From NCBI GenBank assembly GCA_963743255.1, contig CAVUPD010000001.1:25025-89024 (forward strand): a stretch of 64,000 bases of DNA. The letters are read 5' to 3'. Below, piece after piece: positions 30,870 to 42,554 of this stretch; the first letter of the stretch is position 1, and every line of letters starts with the position of its first letter. The DNA is from an uncultured Chloroflexia bacterium (GTDB lineage Bacteria; Chloroflexota; Anaerolineae; Anaerolineales; E44-bin32). A model generated the notes under the pieces. That model was given only the letters and a program-made list of their open reading frames with translations, was not told the DNA's origin and made no database searches. Made by a program: the position numbers and the translations under genes.

Positions 30870-31280
30870 TCGTTTCCTCCAGACAACCAGCAGACCCGCA
30901 CGCTTCTATTGTAGTTCGTGATTGGCGGGGTTGGCGCGCAGCGTCCCGATCTCCGAACTGCAGCCGAGGAAAGAGCGCGGCGCGAGGGCTTGCGACTCCG
31001 GTGATGTCTCTCGCCCCCTCACCCCCAGCCTCTTCCTCCAACCAGCGGGGGACTTGCTCGGCCCTACGGGAGAGGGAGACCTGCCCTCGCCCGGGCACTT
31101 CTGCCTTCTCAAGACAGCTGTCGCTGGGTATGATTGCCCATCGGCGTGAGGGAGAGAGTCTGTGCTGCCCATCGATCGTGGCGCGTGGATCAAGTTCCCG
31201 GTTCGTCTGTTCGAGGTGCCCGGCCCTTCGGGCAACACTGCGGCCGCTCCCCTCCCACTCGCCGCCGAGCGAGGCGCGCG

Positions 31281-32009
31281 GTGACCGACAGTACTCGGGC
31301 CAGTCCGCGATGGGAATTCTTCACCGGGGCGCGTGATCAACTTCCACTGCTGCTCGGCGTCGTCCCCTTTGGGCTGATCTTCGGCGCGCTGGCGGTCTCG
31401 GCCGGCATCCCGGCGTTCGAGGCCCAGGCCTTCTCGTTCTTCATCTTCGCAGGCAGCGCACAGTTCGTCGCCATCGGGCTAGTCGCCGGGCAGACCCCGG
31501 CGCTGCTGATCGTAGCCACGATCCTGGTCGTCAACCTGCGCCACATGCTGTACAGCGCCGCCCTCGGCCCGCATGTCCAGCACCTGTCGCTCCGCTGGAA
31601 GGTGCCGCTGGCGTGGCTGCTGACCGACGAGGCCTTCGCCACCGCTTCCCTGCGCTACCGGCGGGATGACCGGCAGCACGCGCACTGGTACTTCCTCGGC
31701 ACCGGTCTGACGCTGTGGGCCTTCTGGCAGTTGAGTACGCTGCTCGGCATTGCCCTCGGGGCGCGCGTCCCCGAGAGCTGGTCGCTCGACTTCGCCCTGC
31801 CCCTGACCTTCCTGGCGATCCTTGTCCCACAGGTCCGCGATCGTCCGTCCCTGGCAGCGGCGTTGGTGGCGGGCGTGCTCGCTGTCGCGCTGGCGGGCAT
31901 GCCGCTCAAGCTTGGGCTGATGGTCTCGATCCTGGCCGGTGTCGCCGTGGGCGGGCTGCTCGAGATCCGGCCCCGAGCCCGCGCCACGGCCGAGGATGGA
32001 TCCCGATGA
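31281..32009 (+). CDS. azlC: AzlC family branched-chain amino acid exporter subunit
   Basis: C-terminal 242 codons of ORF 31134..32009: LLLGVVPFGLIFGALAVSAGIPAFEAQAFSFFIFAGSAQFVAIGL...NLRHMLYSAALGPH. The proposed GTG start at 31281 is tentative. Confidence 0.75.
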   Translation: MTDSTRASPRWEFFTGARDQLPLLLGVVPFGLIFGALAVSAGIPAFEAQAFSFFIFAGSAQFVAIGLVAGQTPALLIVATILVVNLRHMLYSAALGPHVQHLSLRWKVPLAWLLTDEAFATASLRYRRDDRQHAHWYFLGTGLTLWAFWQLSTLLGIALGARVPESWSLDFALPLTFLAILVPQVRDRPSLAAALVAGVLAVALAGMPLKLGLMVSILAGVAVGGLLEIRPRARATAEDGSR

Positions 32010-32326
32010 ATCGCCCTGAGTTGTGGGTCGTGATCGTTGGCGGAGCGCTGGCGACGTTCGCTGTTCGCCTGTCTTTCATCGCCCTGGTGCCGCCCGAACG
32101 GCTGCCGGAGGCGGTCCGGCGCGTTCTGCGGCTTGTTCCGCCCGCCGTGCTCTCGGCCATCATCCTGCCGGCGGTCGTCGCACCGGCGGGGCACCTCGAA
32201 CTCGTGCTGGGCAACGACCGGCTGTGGGCGGGGTTGCTGGCGACGCTCGTCGCCTGGCGCACGCGCAGCACGTGGCTGACGATTGCTGTCGGAATGCTTG
32301 CGCTATGGGGGCTTGGGCTGGTGTAG
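32006..32326 (+). CDS. azlD: AzlD family branched-chain amino acid exporter subunit
   Basis: MNRPELWVVIVGGALATFAVRLSFIALV...LWAGLLATLVAWRTRSTWLTIAVGMLALWGL. The ATG overlaps the azlC stop (ATGA at 32006-32009). Confidence 0.75.
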   Translation: MNRPELWVVIVGGALATFAVRLSFIALVPPERLPEAVRRVLRLVPPAVLSAIILPAVVAPAGHLELVLGNDRLWAGLLATLVAWRTRSTWLTIAVGMLALWGLGLV

Positions 32327-32330
32327 AGAG

Positions 32331-32381
32331 CGGCTAGAGTCTAGCGACTAGCAGCTAGCTGCTGGCGGTCAGCATTCAGCC
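32331..32381. repeat. stop-codon-dense TAGC/CAGC spacer, related to 48322..48571
   Basis: GGCTAGAGTCTAGCGACTAGCAGCTAGCTGCTGGCGGTCAGCATTCAGCC directly after the azlD stop. It shares GCTGCTGGC and GGCGGTCAGC with the 48.3-kb element. Confidence 0.5.
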
Positions 32382-32692
32382 ATCGGCGTGGAGGTTCCAG
32401 CCAACACCGAGATAGCACGTGGATGGATGGCCACGGCGCCGCGCTGGACCGAGTGAGCTACCTAGCGAGGTAGAGTGTGCCCGCCCCCCTCTTGGGTGAA
32501 GTCTGCCCATCCGATCCGCGATCCCCCGCCCCCATCCCATTTGCCCATTCGTTCCCCTCCGACACCCGCGCGATGCCGCGTGGATGCGACGGCTGCAAGC
32601 GCGCTGACTTCCTGCCGGAGGCCGACTTTGTTCGCTGCGGTTTGGGCCGGGGTGTTCGGGAGGAATGGCCTCCGCCAGGGGACGATGGCCCC

Positions 32693-34289
32693 TCAAGAGG
32701 GCGTCGGCGTGCAGTACTTCTGGCTGTTCGTGTCGGTACTGCACGAATGAGGATTGATGGGTTTGTCCGTCGGAGGGACGGGCGTGTTTGTGGGCGGTGG
32801 GGCGGACGTGTTCGTGGGGGGGACGGGCGTGCTTGTCCACGCTTGTGTGTTGGTCGGCACGAGAATGTCCGTTGCCGTCGCTCCGCCCGGCAAGGTGGGA
32901 ACCACACTGGTCGGAGTGGGCGTCCGGCTTGGCGTCCAGGTGGGCTCGCCCGGCAGCAGCGTCTGCTGGCCTCCGCCCGAGCCGGATGTGGGCGTGGGCG
33001 TCCGATAGCCAATGTGCGTCATCGACGGCGAGGGGGTGGGACCCAGAGTGGTTTCGCCGACGACGGCCAGCAGCGCCTGCTGCGTCATCTCCTCCAGGTC
33101 CGCCGGCGGGAAGCCCATGGCGACGACGGTGCCATAGACGGAGGTCTCAATCGCACCGGGGACAAGCGCCGTCCCTTCGGCCGGTGCGTTCTGGGTGGAC
33201 AGCGCATTGATCGTGGACTGGAACTCGGCCGACTGGCCGCTCGCCTGCGCGACGGAGGTGCCGGTCAGCACGGGCGGGAACATGCCGAAGCCCCACGCCG
33301 CGGCCGGGCAACCGAGCAGGAACACGGCGGCAATAAGCGGGGCGAAGCGGCGTGTCCGGCGCGCAGCCTCGCGCGCCCAGGCACGCGCAACCACGGACCG
33401 CGGCAGCGTCTCCGTCGGCTGCTCGGCGCGCAGCTGCCTCAGCCGGTAGGTCCCGCTCGGGTCGAGCGACGCCTTGAGCGCCCCCTGAAAGGCCTGGTTC
33501 ATGGCCGAGACCGAATTCGAACCGGCCGGCGGGAGTCTTGGACAGCACCCGGATCAGCACATCTTCGACGGCCACCGGCAGGTTCGGGTTCGCCAGGCGC
33601 GGCGCCGGGAGCGGATGGCTGGCCTGCTTGATGACCACGCCCATCGGCGTATCAGCTTCGTAGGGCAGCCGCCCGCTGCACAGCTGATACAGCACGACCC
33701 CGAACGAGTACTGGTCCGACGTCGGCCCGACGTCCTCGCCGCGGCATTGCTCGGGCGACATATACGCCGGCGTCCCAATCAGCAGTGAACCGGTCAGGCT
33801 GGCCGATTCCCACGGGACGTGCGCAAAGCCGAAGTCCGTGAGCATGGCCTGGCCGTTTTCGTCGAGCAGGATGTTCGACGGCTTGACGTCGCGATGGATG
33901 ATGCCCTGCTGATGGGCGAAGTCCAGGGCCGAGCTGATCTGATCGACGATCCGCCCGCCCTCCAAGGGCAGCAGCGGTCCCATACGAAGCCGTTCATGCA
34001 GCGTCCCGCCCGAGAGATAGGGCATGACGATGTAGTGGTAACCGTCGGCCTGGCCGAAGGCCAGGATCGGGACGATGTGGGGATGCTCGAGGCGCCGCAA
34101 CAGCTCGACCTCGCGGTCGAACCGGCCGCGGAATTTGGGGTCGGCGGCGATGTACGGGGAGAGGACCTTGACGGCCACCGTGCGCCCGTCGCGCATGTCC
34201 CGGGCGCGGTACACCGTCGCCATGCCACCTTGACCGATGGCATCCAGGATGGTGTAGTTTCCCAGCGTGCGCCCGATTAGCTCAGTCAT
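32693..34289 (-). CDS. membrane-anchored Ser/Thr protein kinase with Pro/Thr-rich ectodomain (1 frameshift near 33500)
   Basis: 33147..34289 frame: GQGGMATVYRARD...VAVKVL, HRDVKPSNILL, DFGFAH, GTPAYMSPEQ. It joins the 32693..33502 frame: a TM helix (FAPLIAAVFLLGCPAAAWGF) and a C-terminal PTNTSAPPPTNTPVPPTDKP repeat region. Confidence 0.8.
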
Positions 34290-34412
34290 CCATTAAAACG
34301 CAAATAGCCGAAGGTGGCCCCGGGGCGCCCTCCGGCCGGTCTGACACTTGAGGCACGCCTAATATCGCGCCGAATGGGTCCGAGAAACAAGGCCCTAATC
34401 CCCGCCCCGGCG

Positions 34413-36138
34413 CTAGGCTGCGCCTGGGGGCTGCCAGGGGGTGAACTCCGTCAGGATCGAGCCTCCGAGGAATTCCCGCAAGATCGAGTTGTCCGGGATC
34501 AACCCCGGGTCGACTGGCAGGAACCACTCCAGGAAGCGCAGCAGCCGCTTCGCCTCGACGTGTTCGGGCGTCCCGAAGGCCACCTGGCGCAGCAGCGGCT
34601 CGGCCATCGGCGCCAGCGCCGAGCCTTCGTAGACCAGGGCCGAGTTGAAGGTCACGTCGGCGTTCTCCTGATAGGGGAAGATGTTGCGCTTCTCCCCGCG
34701 CCGCACGGACTCCCAGCGGTGGATCGTCTCGGCCGCCGGGTAGCCGCGCTGCGCGGCGTCTCGAACGATCCGGCGGATGAGCCGGGTATCAGTGGTCGAG
34801 ACCCGGTTGTAGCGGTCCAGGTTGAGCTGGGTCAGCGCCGAGGCGTAGATGCGAAACGTCCGGGCGGCGGGGATCTCAGGCAGTAAGTCGGGGTTGAGGC
34901 CGTGGATGCCTTCGAGGACCAGGACTTGTGTCGGGCCGAGGCGAACGGCCTCGCCCTCGAGCTGACGCCCGGCCTTGAAATCGTAGCGCGGCAGGCGGAC
35001 GGGTTGGCCGGAGATCAGGGCGCCCAGATCGCGGTTCAGCCTGGGCAAATCGAGGGCGCCCAGCGCCTCGTAGTCGTACTCGCCATTCTCATCCCGCGGC
35101 GTCCGCTCGCGGTCGACGAAGAATCCGTCGAGCTCGACGGGCAATGGTGAGACGCCTTGCGCCAGGAGTTGGATCGACAGCCGTTTCGAGAACGTCGTCT
35201 TCCCGGAACATGACGGTCCGGCGATCAGAATGACACTTGCCGCCTCGCGCCGAGCGACGATCTGCTGGGCGATGGCGGCGATCTGCGCCTCCTGCAGCGC
35301 CTCGGCCACCAGGATGATCTCGCGCCCCGACCGGCAACGATGGCATCGTCCAGCGCTCCGACGCTGCTGATGCCCAGCCGATCGAGCCAGTCGCCGTACA
35401 GGCGGAAGGCCGTCAGAAGTTTGGCGTAGCGCGGCGGCGCGAGCACTTCGGTCGGCTTGTGTCGCCGGGGAAACTGGAGCGTGAACCCGTTGTCGGACGA
35501 TCGAAGCGCAAACCAGCGCAAGTAGCCCGTCGATGGGACCATGTAGCCGTGATGGTAGTCGCGCAGCGTCCCCAGCGTGTACAGCACGAGCGTGGGCTTG
35601 CGGCGATGGACGAGGAGGCGCGCCTTGTCGTCGTAACCTTTCTCGCGAAAGTAGGCGATGGCGTCTGAGGTCCTGGACTCCGCCTTGGCGAAGGGAGCGT
35701 CTTGCTCGACCAGGGAACGCATGCGCGCCTCGAGCGCGCGCAGCTCGAGCTCGCCGAACGCCCCCCCGGTCACCTGGCAGAAGTACCCGCCGGAGGAGAC
35801 CGAGTGATCGACGGTGAGGATCAAGTCCGAGAAGAGCTCCTCGAAAGCGGCGGCAAGCAGGAAGGTCAACGACCGGCGGTAGATGCGCATGCCGTCGGCC
35901 TCGCCCATGGTGACCGGGCGGACGCGCGCTTCGGTCTCGATCGGGTAAGTCAGCTCGCGCAGCTCGCCGTTGACTACGCCGCCGACGATCGGTGCCGGGG
36001 TCAAGTTCGGAGAGAGAGAAACGCTGCCAGACTTGCGCCGCGTGGTCCTTCCAGCGCGCGGCCATCCGGCAGGACGATCTGCACCGTCGCGCGCAGTGGC
36101 ACCTCTTGGATCTGGCTCTCGGGGGCAGCGACCTTCAC
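34413..36138 (-). CDS. uridine kinase/PRK-family P-loop kinase with N-terminal ThrRS-like (TGS/second additional domain-like) region (at least 2 frameshifts)
   Basis: C-terminal part: VILIAGPSCSGKTTFSKRLSIQLL (Walker A)...VLVLEGIHGLNPDLLPEIP...TDTRLIRRIVRDAAQRGY. N-terminal part in the 35225..36169 frame: PIVGGVVNGELRELTYPIETEARVRPVTMGEADGMRIYRRSLTFLLAAAFEELF. GTG 36136-36138 follows AAGGAG (VKVAAPESQIQEVPLRATVQIVLPDGRALEG...). Confidence 0.65.
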
Positions 36139-36298
36139 GCGGTGTTCTCCTTGGGGGGCCGGATTTCACCGCGAAACCCGGGTCCGCCCTCTGGCGCCTG
36201 CTCCCGACCCCTGCATTTGCTCACGCGGGAGCGTGGGCGAGGCGCGGTGCATTGGGTTCCAGTGATCGTGTAGCTCTTGGTCCGGACCCGGGAGACAC

Positions 36299-36325
36299 GA
36301 GAGCGGCCACACAGCGGCCGCTCTC
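36299..36325 (-). terminator. hairpin after gcvPB
   Basis: Minus strand: GAGAGCGGCC-GCTGTGT-GGCCGCTCTC, 30 nt after the stop at 36355. The U-tract is weak. Confidence 0.45.
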
Positions 36326-36354
36326 GATGATCGTGGACGGATTTGTGCCGAACG

Positions 36355-37828
36355 TCAGCCCTTCTTGGCCGGCTCCCCCATCTCCGCCGGCCGGCAGCAC
36401 AACACCAGGTCTTTGGCGGCCTTGACCTCGTCCAGACGGCCAACTGGTGTATGGTGCGGCGCGCTCTGGAGCAGTTCCGGATTCGTGTGCGCTTCGCCGG
36501 CGATCTTGACCATCGCTTCGGCAAACGCGTCCAGAACCTGCAGGCTCTCGCTCTCGGTCGGCTCGATCATCAGTGCCTCGTGCACGATGAGCGGGAAGTA
36601 GTTCGTCGGCGGGTGGAAGCCGAAGTCCATCAGGCGCTTGGCGACGTCGAGGGCGCGGATCTCGGGCGCGTCGGCCCAGCGTCCCTCGGCTACGAACTCG
36701 TGCATGCAGATGCGGTCGTAGGGGACGTGATACGTCTCGCGCAGCTTCGTCCGCAGGTAGTTGGCGTTCAGCACGGCATGGTCGGAGATGGCGCGCATCC
36801 CCTGCTTGCCCTGCATCCGGATGTAGGTGTAGGCGCGCACCAGCATCCCGAAGTGGCCATGGAACGACTTGACCCTGCCGATCGTGTTCTTGGGCATCGC
36901 CAGCCCGAAGAGCGGCGCCTCGTCCTCGTCGCCGACCTCGATCACCTCGACGATCGGCCCGGGGAGGAAGTCGACCAGCGCCTGGCGCACGCCGACCGGC
37001 CCGGATCCGGGGCCCCCGCCGCCGTGCGGCGTCGAGAAGGTCTTGTGCAGGTTGTAGTGCATGACATCGATGCCCAGGTCGCCGGGACGGACGATGCCCA
37101 GCAGGGCGTTCATGTTGGCGCCGTCGCCGTAGACAAGGCCCCCGCACGCGTGGATCTGGTCGACCACCTCCTGCACGTGCTCCTCAAACAACCCGAGCGT
37201 GTTCGGGTTGGTGAGCATCAGGCCGGCGACGGTGTCGTCACACACCGCCCGCAGCGCCTGCAGGTCGACGTTGCCGCGATCGTCCGACGGCAATTCGACC
37301 ACCTCCAGCCCGCTCATGGCCGTGCTAGCCGGGTTGGTACCGTGGGCCGAGTTGGGGATCAGGATCTTGGTGCGTCGAAGATCGCCGCGCGAGCGGTGAT
37401 AGGCGCGGATGATCAGGATGCCGGTCAGCTCACCGTGTGCGCCGGCGGCCGGCTGCAAGCTCATGCCCTCGAAACCGCCGATCTCCTTCAGCCACTCCTG
37501 GACCGAGTACATCAGCGCCAGGTTGCCCTGAGCCGTTTCCGGATCCTGCAGCGGGTGGGAGAAGGCGAAGCCGGGGAGCCGAGCGGCGTCCTCGTTGACC
37601 TTCGGGTTGTACTTCATCGTGCACGAACCCAGAGGGTAGAAGCCGGTGTCGATGCTGTGGTTGAGGTGGGACAGGCGAACGAAATGACGCACGACGTCGA
37701 GCTCGGACAGCTCCGGCAGGGGCAGGTCTTTGCGCACGAGCCCTTTCGGCAGCGCCGTGAGGGGCACATCCGGCGCCGGCAGCGTCACGCCCGGACGGCC
37801 GGGCGCCGACAGATCGTAGATCAGGGGC

Positions 37829-37836
<8 letters not shown>
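36355..37836 (-). CDS. gcvPB: glycine dehydrogenase (aminomethyl-transferring) subunit 2
   Basis: Intact 493 aa. YPLGSCTMKYNPKVNE...NLHKTFSTPHGGGGPGSGPVGV (PLP-lysine region). Confidence 0.9.
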
Positions 37837-39174
<1,338 letters not shown>

Positions 39175-39175
<1 letters not shown>

Positions 39176-39567
39176 TAGTGGCTCCGTTCGTCGCAGTGCT
39201 TGGCGTAGGCCCCGGCGTCCATCAACCCGGCTACCTCACCCGGATCGGCGACCTCCATCCGGATCATCCACGCCTTCCCGTACGGGTCGCTGTTGACCAC
39301 CTCGGGCGACCCGGGCAGTGCGTCGTTCACCGCCACGATCTTGCCCTTCACCGGCATGTAGATCTCCGAGGCTGCCTTGACGGACTCGACCGAGGCGAAG
39401 GCCTTGCCCTTATCCAGCGTCTCGCCGACCGCCGCCGTCACCTCGACGAAGACGATGTCGGACAGCTGGCTCTGGGCGTAGTCGCTCACCCCGACCGTCG
39501 CCGTCTTGCCCTCGAGGCGGACCCATTCATCGCTGGCCGTGTACTTGAGGTCCTTCGGGAACTCCAT
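39175..39567 (-). CDS. gcvH: glycine cleavage system H protein
   Basis: Intact 130 aa. YTASDEWVRLEG...GVSDYAQSQLSDIVFVEV...FASVESVKAASEIYMPVKG (lipoyl-lysine context). CAGGAGG RBS. Confidence 0.9.
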
Positions 39568-39608
39568 CGTATCCTCCTGATTCGTGTGGCATCCTGGCGC
39601 AGGGATCG

Positions 39609-39645
39609 AAGGGAAAAGGGCGCACCCGTAGGCTTGGGTGCGCCC
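39609..39645 (-). terminator. intrinsic terminator forming the riboswitch expression platform
   Basis: Minus strand: GGGCGCACCC-AAGCCTAC-GGGTGCGCCC followed by TTTTCCCTT. It lies immediately 3' of aptamer 2 and 40 nt before the gcvH ATG. Confidence 0.7.
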
Positions 39646-39820
39646 TCTGTCTGCGGCCTGAGAGATTCGTCCCGTGCGGGACTTGCCCCATCGGCGCCTT
39701 GCGGCTTTCCAGAGGTGCGGCCAGAAGGGTCCTTGGACCTGAGAGTTTCGCCCGGGACTGCACCGGCCCTCGAGCTTGCCCCTTCGGTGCCCGGCCGGCC
39801 GGCCGGGGCTCTTCCCTGTC
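39644..39820 (-). promoter_or_regulatory. tandem glycine riboswitch (two aptamers)
   Basis: Aptamer 1 on the minus strand: GACAGGGAAGAG...GCACCGAAGGGGCAA...CTCTCAGGTCCAAGGAC. Aptamer 2: CTCTGGAAAG...GGCGCCGATGGGGCAA...CTCTCAGGCCGCAGACAGAGG. These match the conserved GGAGAG / CACCGAAGGGGCAA / CUCUCAGG cores of the glycine riboswitch, in the classic position upstream of gcv genes. Confidence 0.85.
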
Positions 39821-39839
39821 TGTGCTCGCTTGTCAGATG

Positions 39840-39868
39840 ATTCTACGGAGCGCGCAGGCGGAAGTCAA
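39840..39868 (-). promoter_or_regulatory. sigma-70 promoter of the riboswitch-gcvH-PA-PB transcript
   Basis: Minus strand: TTGACT (39868-39863), 17 nt spacer, TAGAAT (39845-39840), about 20 nt upstream of aptamer 1. Confidence 0.6.
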
Positions 39869-39990
39869 GCTGAAAGGCACGACATGACAGGTGACAAAGC
39901 CACCTTCCAGGTCATGCTCTCCCTCTCCCGCCGGACCGCCTGTGCTAAACTCCTGGCTCCAACCCCGAAGTCTGCGTGAGGCCATCGCCC

Positions 39991-41013
39991 ATGCCCCAGG
40001 ACGACACCGTTCTGATCACCGGCGCCAACGGTGAGATCGGCCACGGGCTGATCCACCATCTGTGTTCTGGAGGCGCCAGCCGGATTGTCGCCACCGACAT
40101 CCAGGCTCTGGACCCCGGCCTGCGGGCTGACTGCCAGATTTTCCTCCAGGGGGATATCACTGATCCGGAGTTGATCAAGCGCCTCGGGCGCGAGTACGTC
40201 TTCACCACGATCTATCACCTGGCGTCGATCCTGTCGACCAAAGGCGAGCGCGATCCGGAGCTCGCCCACCGAATCAATGTCGACGGGACGCTGCAACTCC
40301 TTCGGATGGCGACGGAGCAATCCCGCGCCGCGGGACGCTCGGTCAAGTTCATCTACCCGTCGTCGATCGCTGCGTACGGCCTCCCCGATCTGGAGACCAA
40401 AGGGCGTGAGGGGCGCGTCGTGCGCGAAGACGAGTGGTGTTTTCCAGCCACGATGTACGGGGTCAACAAGCTGACCTGCGAGCACCTGGGCCGCTACTAC
40501 GCACTGCACTACCGGCGCCTGGAGCCCGGGGCGGCCGCGCCGCGGATCGATTTCCGCGCCCTGCGGTTCCCGGGGTTGATCAGCGCCCTGACCGTCCCCA
40601 CCGGCGGCACGAGCGACTACGGCCCCGAGATGCTGCACCATGCGGCGCAGGGCAAGGCCTACGCCTGCTTCGTCCGGCGGGATAGCCAGCTGCCATTCAT
40701 GGTCATGCCCGACGCCATCAAGGCGCTGCTGCTCCTCGAGTCGGCGCCGCGCGAGAACCTGCGCCAGCTGGTGTACAACGTCACCAGCTACAGCCCCACG
40801 GCGGCAAAGATCCTGGACATGATCGTCCGCGCCTTTCCCTCGGCAAAGATCAGCTTCGCCCCCGACGCGCCCCGCCAGGGGATCGTCGACAGCTGGCCGG
40901 CGGACGTCGACGACAGCGCCGCCCGCCGCGACTGGGGCTGGAAGCCCGATTACGATTTCCGGCGCTCCTTCGAAGAGTATCTGATCCCCAGCGTGCGGCA
41001 GCGGTACGCATAA
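39991..41013 (+). CDS. NAD-dependent epimerase/dehydratase family SDR, L-threonine 3-dehydrogenase-like
   Basis: VLITGANGEIGHGLIHHL (GxxGxxG), MYGVNKLTCEHLGRYY (YxxxK), PGLISALTVPTGGTSDYGPEML. The ORF-track start is GTG 39976; ATG 39991 is preferred. The substrate assignment is inference. Confidence 0.7.
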   Translation: MPQDDTVLITGANGEIGHGLIHHLCSGGASRIVATDIQALDPGLRADCQIFLQGDITDPELIKRLGREYVFTTIYHLASILSTKGERDPELAHRINVDGTLQLLRMATEQSRAAGRSVKFIYPSSIAAYGLPDLETKGREGRVVREDEWCFPATMYGVNKLTCEHLGRYYALHYRRLEPGAAAPRIDFRALRFPGLISALTVPTGGTSDYGPEMLHHAAQGKAYACFVRRDSQLPFMVMPDAIKALLLLESAPRENLRQLVYNVTSYSPTAAKILDMIVRAFPSAKISFAPDAPRQGIVDSWPADVDDSAARRDWGWKPDYDFRRSFEEYLIPSVRQRYA

Positions 41014-41034
41014 GGGATAGGTCCAAGCGTCACC

Positions 41035-41077
41035 GTAGGGGCGAAGCACCCTTAACTGCCGGGTGCTTCGCCCCTAC
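41035..41077. repeat. REP-like GC-rich palindrome / terminator (GTAGGGGCGAAGCA family)
   Basis: GTAGGGGCGAAGCACCC-TTAACTGCC-GGGTGCTTCGCCCCTAC, a 17-bp perfect stem 22 nt after the stop at 41013. Confidence 0.7.
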
Positions 41078-41171
41078 CTGTCTATCAACTAGGCTGCAAC
41101 CTGCACGCCCTCCGCCCTGTATGTCCTACAGCCGTCGCGAATGCGTTCATCCCATTCCGGGAGGGTTGCGG

Positions 41172-42297
41172 ATGTCGAAGGTCTGGCTGATGGTGGTCGC
41201 GCTGCTCCTGGCCGGTCTGGCCTGCGGGTCTCCAGGTATCCCGGCGCCAGTGCCTACCCCTCACATTACTCCGCTGCCGCCCGGGGTGACGGCTTACGGG
41301 TTCTTCCCCTCCCCACCGGAGGTCTCGCTCGAGAGCGTCCTGAACCATTTCACCGACATGGCGCGCCACGCCGACGTCGTTCTGCTCCAGCAGAACATCC
41401 CCTGGCAGGCGTTTCCGCTGGAGGGCGAGGCCGAAACGCAGCCGCTGCTCGACATCCGCAATCAGGTCACGCTGGCGCACCAGAACGGGCTGGAGCCGAT
41501 CTTCGTCGTCGATCCGCTGAATGGCCTCAACCGGCGCGAGTTCATGGGGCTGCCCGGAGGACTGGCCGGCGAGCTTCGAGAATCCGGACGTGCGAGGCGC
41601 CTTCACCGAGTTCACAGCTTGGGTCGTGCGCACTTTCCATCCGCGCTATCTGGGCCTGGCGTCGGAGATCAATACCTACGCCGACGCCCACCCTGAGGAC
41701 TTCCCGCACTTCCTCAGCCTGTACCGCGAGGTCTACGCCGCCGTCAAGCAGGAGTCGCCCGAGACGCAGGTCTTCGTGACATTCCAGTGGGAGGATCTGA
41801 ACAACCTGTTCGCCGCCGCCGCCGAGGGACGCCAGGCATACCAGACCAACTGGGAGCAGGTCGAAGCCTTCGAACCTCAATTGGACCTTTGGGTGATCTC
41901 GTCCTATCCCTTCGCCGCGTTCGGCGGGGGTGACGAGATCCCCGACGACTACTACACGCCGCTGCTTGCCCGGACGGACAAACCTTTGGCGGTGGCCGAA
42001 GGCGGATACACGTCTTCGCCGGTTGGGCCCTTCGTCGGTGCCCCGCAGGATCAGGTGGCCTACTTGCAGGCCATCGACGTGCAGATCGGCTCGCGTTTGA
42101 GGTTCTGGATCTACCTGCTGCTCACGGACTTCAACACCGAGTCCTACTCCAAGGTGATGCGCCAGAATGGCGTTGGGGAGCAGGACGTCGACACGCTGGG
42201 GCTCTTCTCGTCCGTCGGGCTACAGTCACAAGACGGCTCGCCCAAGCCGGCGTTGGCGGTGTGGGATGCGCTGAGGGCCAGGCGATCTTTGCCGTGA
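41172..42297 (+). CDS. lipoprotein, putative TIM-barrel glycoside-hydrolase-like (1 frameshift near 41550)
   Basis: MSKVWLMVVALLLAGLACGS (lipobox) after GGGAGG. 41121..41696 frame (FFPSPPEVSLESVLNHFTDMARHADVVLLQQNIPW) joins the 41521..42297 frame (YLGLASEINTY...VFVTFQWEDL...WVISSYPF...LAVAEGGYTS). The function call is weak. Confidence 0.55.
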
Positions 42298-42435
42298 TGC
42301 CGCACGGGCGGTGCCACCGTGTAGCGATCGCGAACTGCCCTTGTCCGTCATTCGGAGCGCCGCGCATGCTCGCGCCTTACCTGGCGTCCTCACGAGGATG
42401 GTTCTTCCTGACGGGCCAATTCCACCGTGTGCGGC

Positions 42436-42464
42436 GTAGGGGCGGGTTTGAAACCCGCCCATAC
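42436..42464. repeat. REP-like palindrome (GTAGGGGCGGGTTTGAAACCCGCCC variant)
   Basis: GTAGGGGCGGGTTT/GAAACCCGCCCATAC in the 257-nt spacer between convergent genes 41172..42297(+) and alr(-). Confidence 0.55.
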
Positions 42465-42554
42465 GCATCTCCATCAGGCTACCCCGCCGCGCGTGATTGC
42501 AGTTCGGGGGGGAGCACACCTTGTTCCTTTAGCCACACGGCGATCAGGTGAGAT

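Noticed and set aside
39865-41049. 394-aa minus-strand ORF.
   Set aside because: It is antisense to the SDR/threonine-dehydrogenase-like gene.
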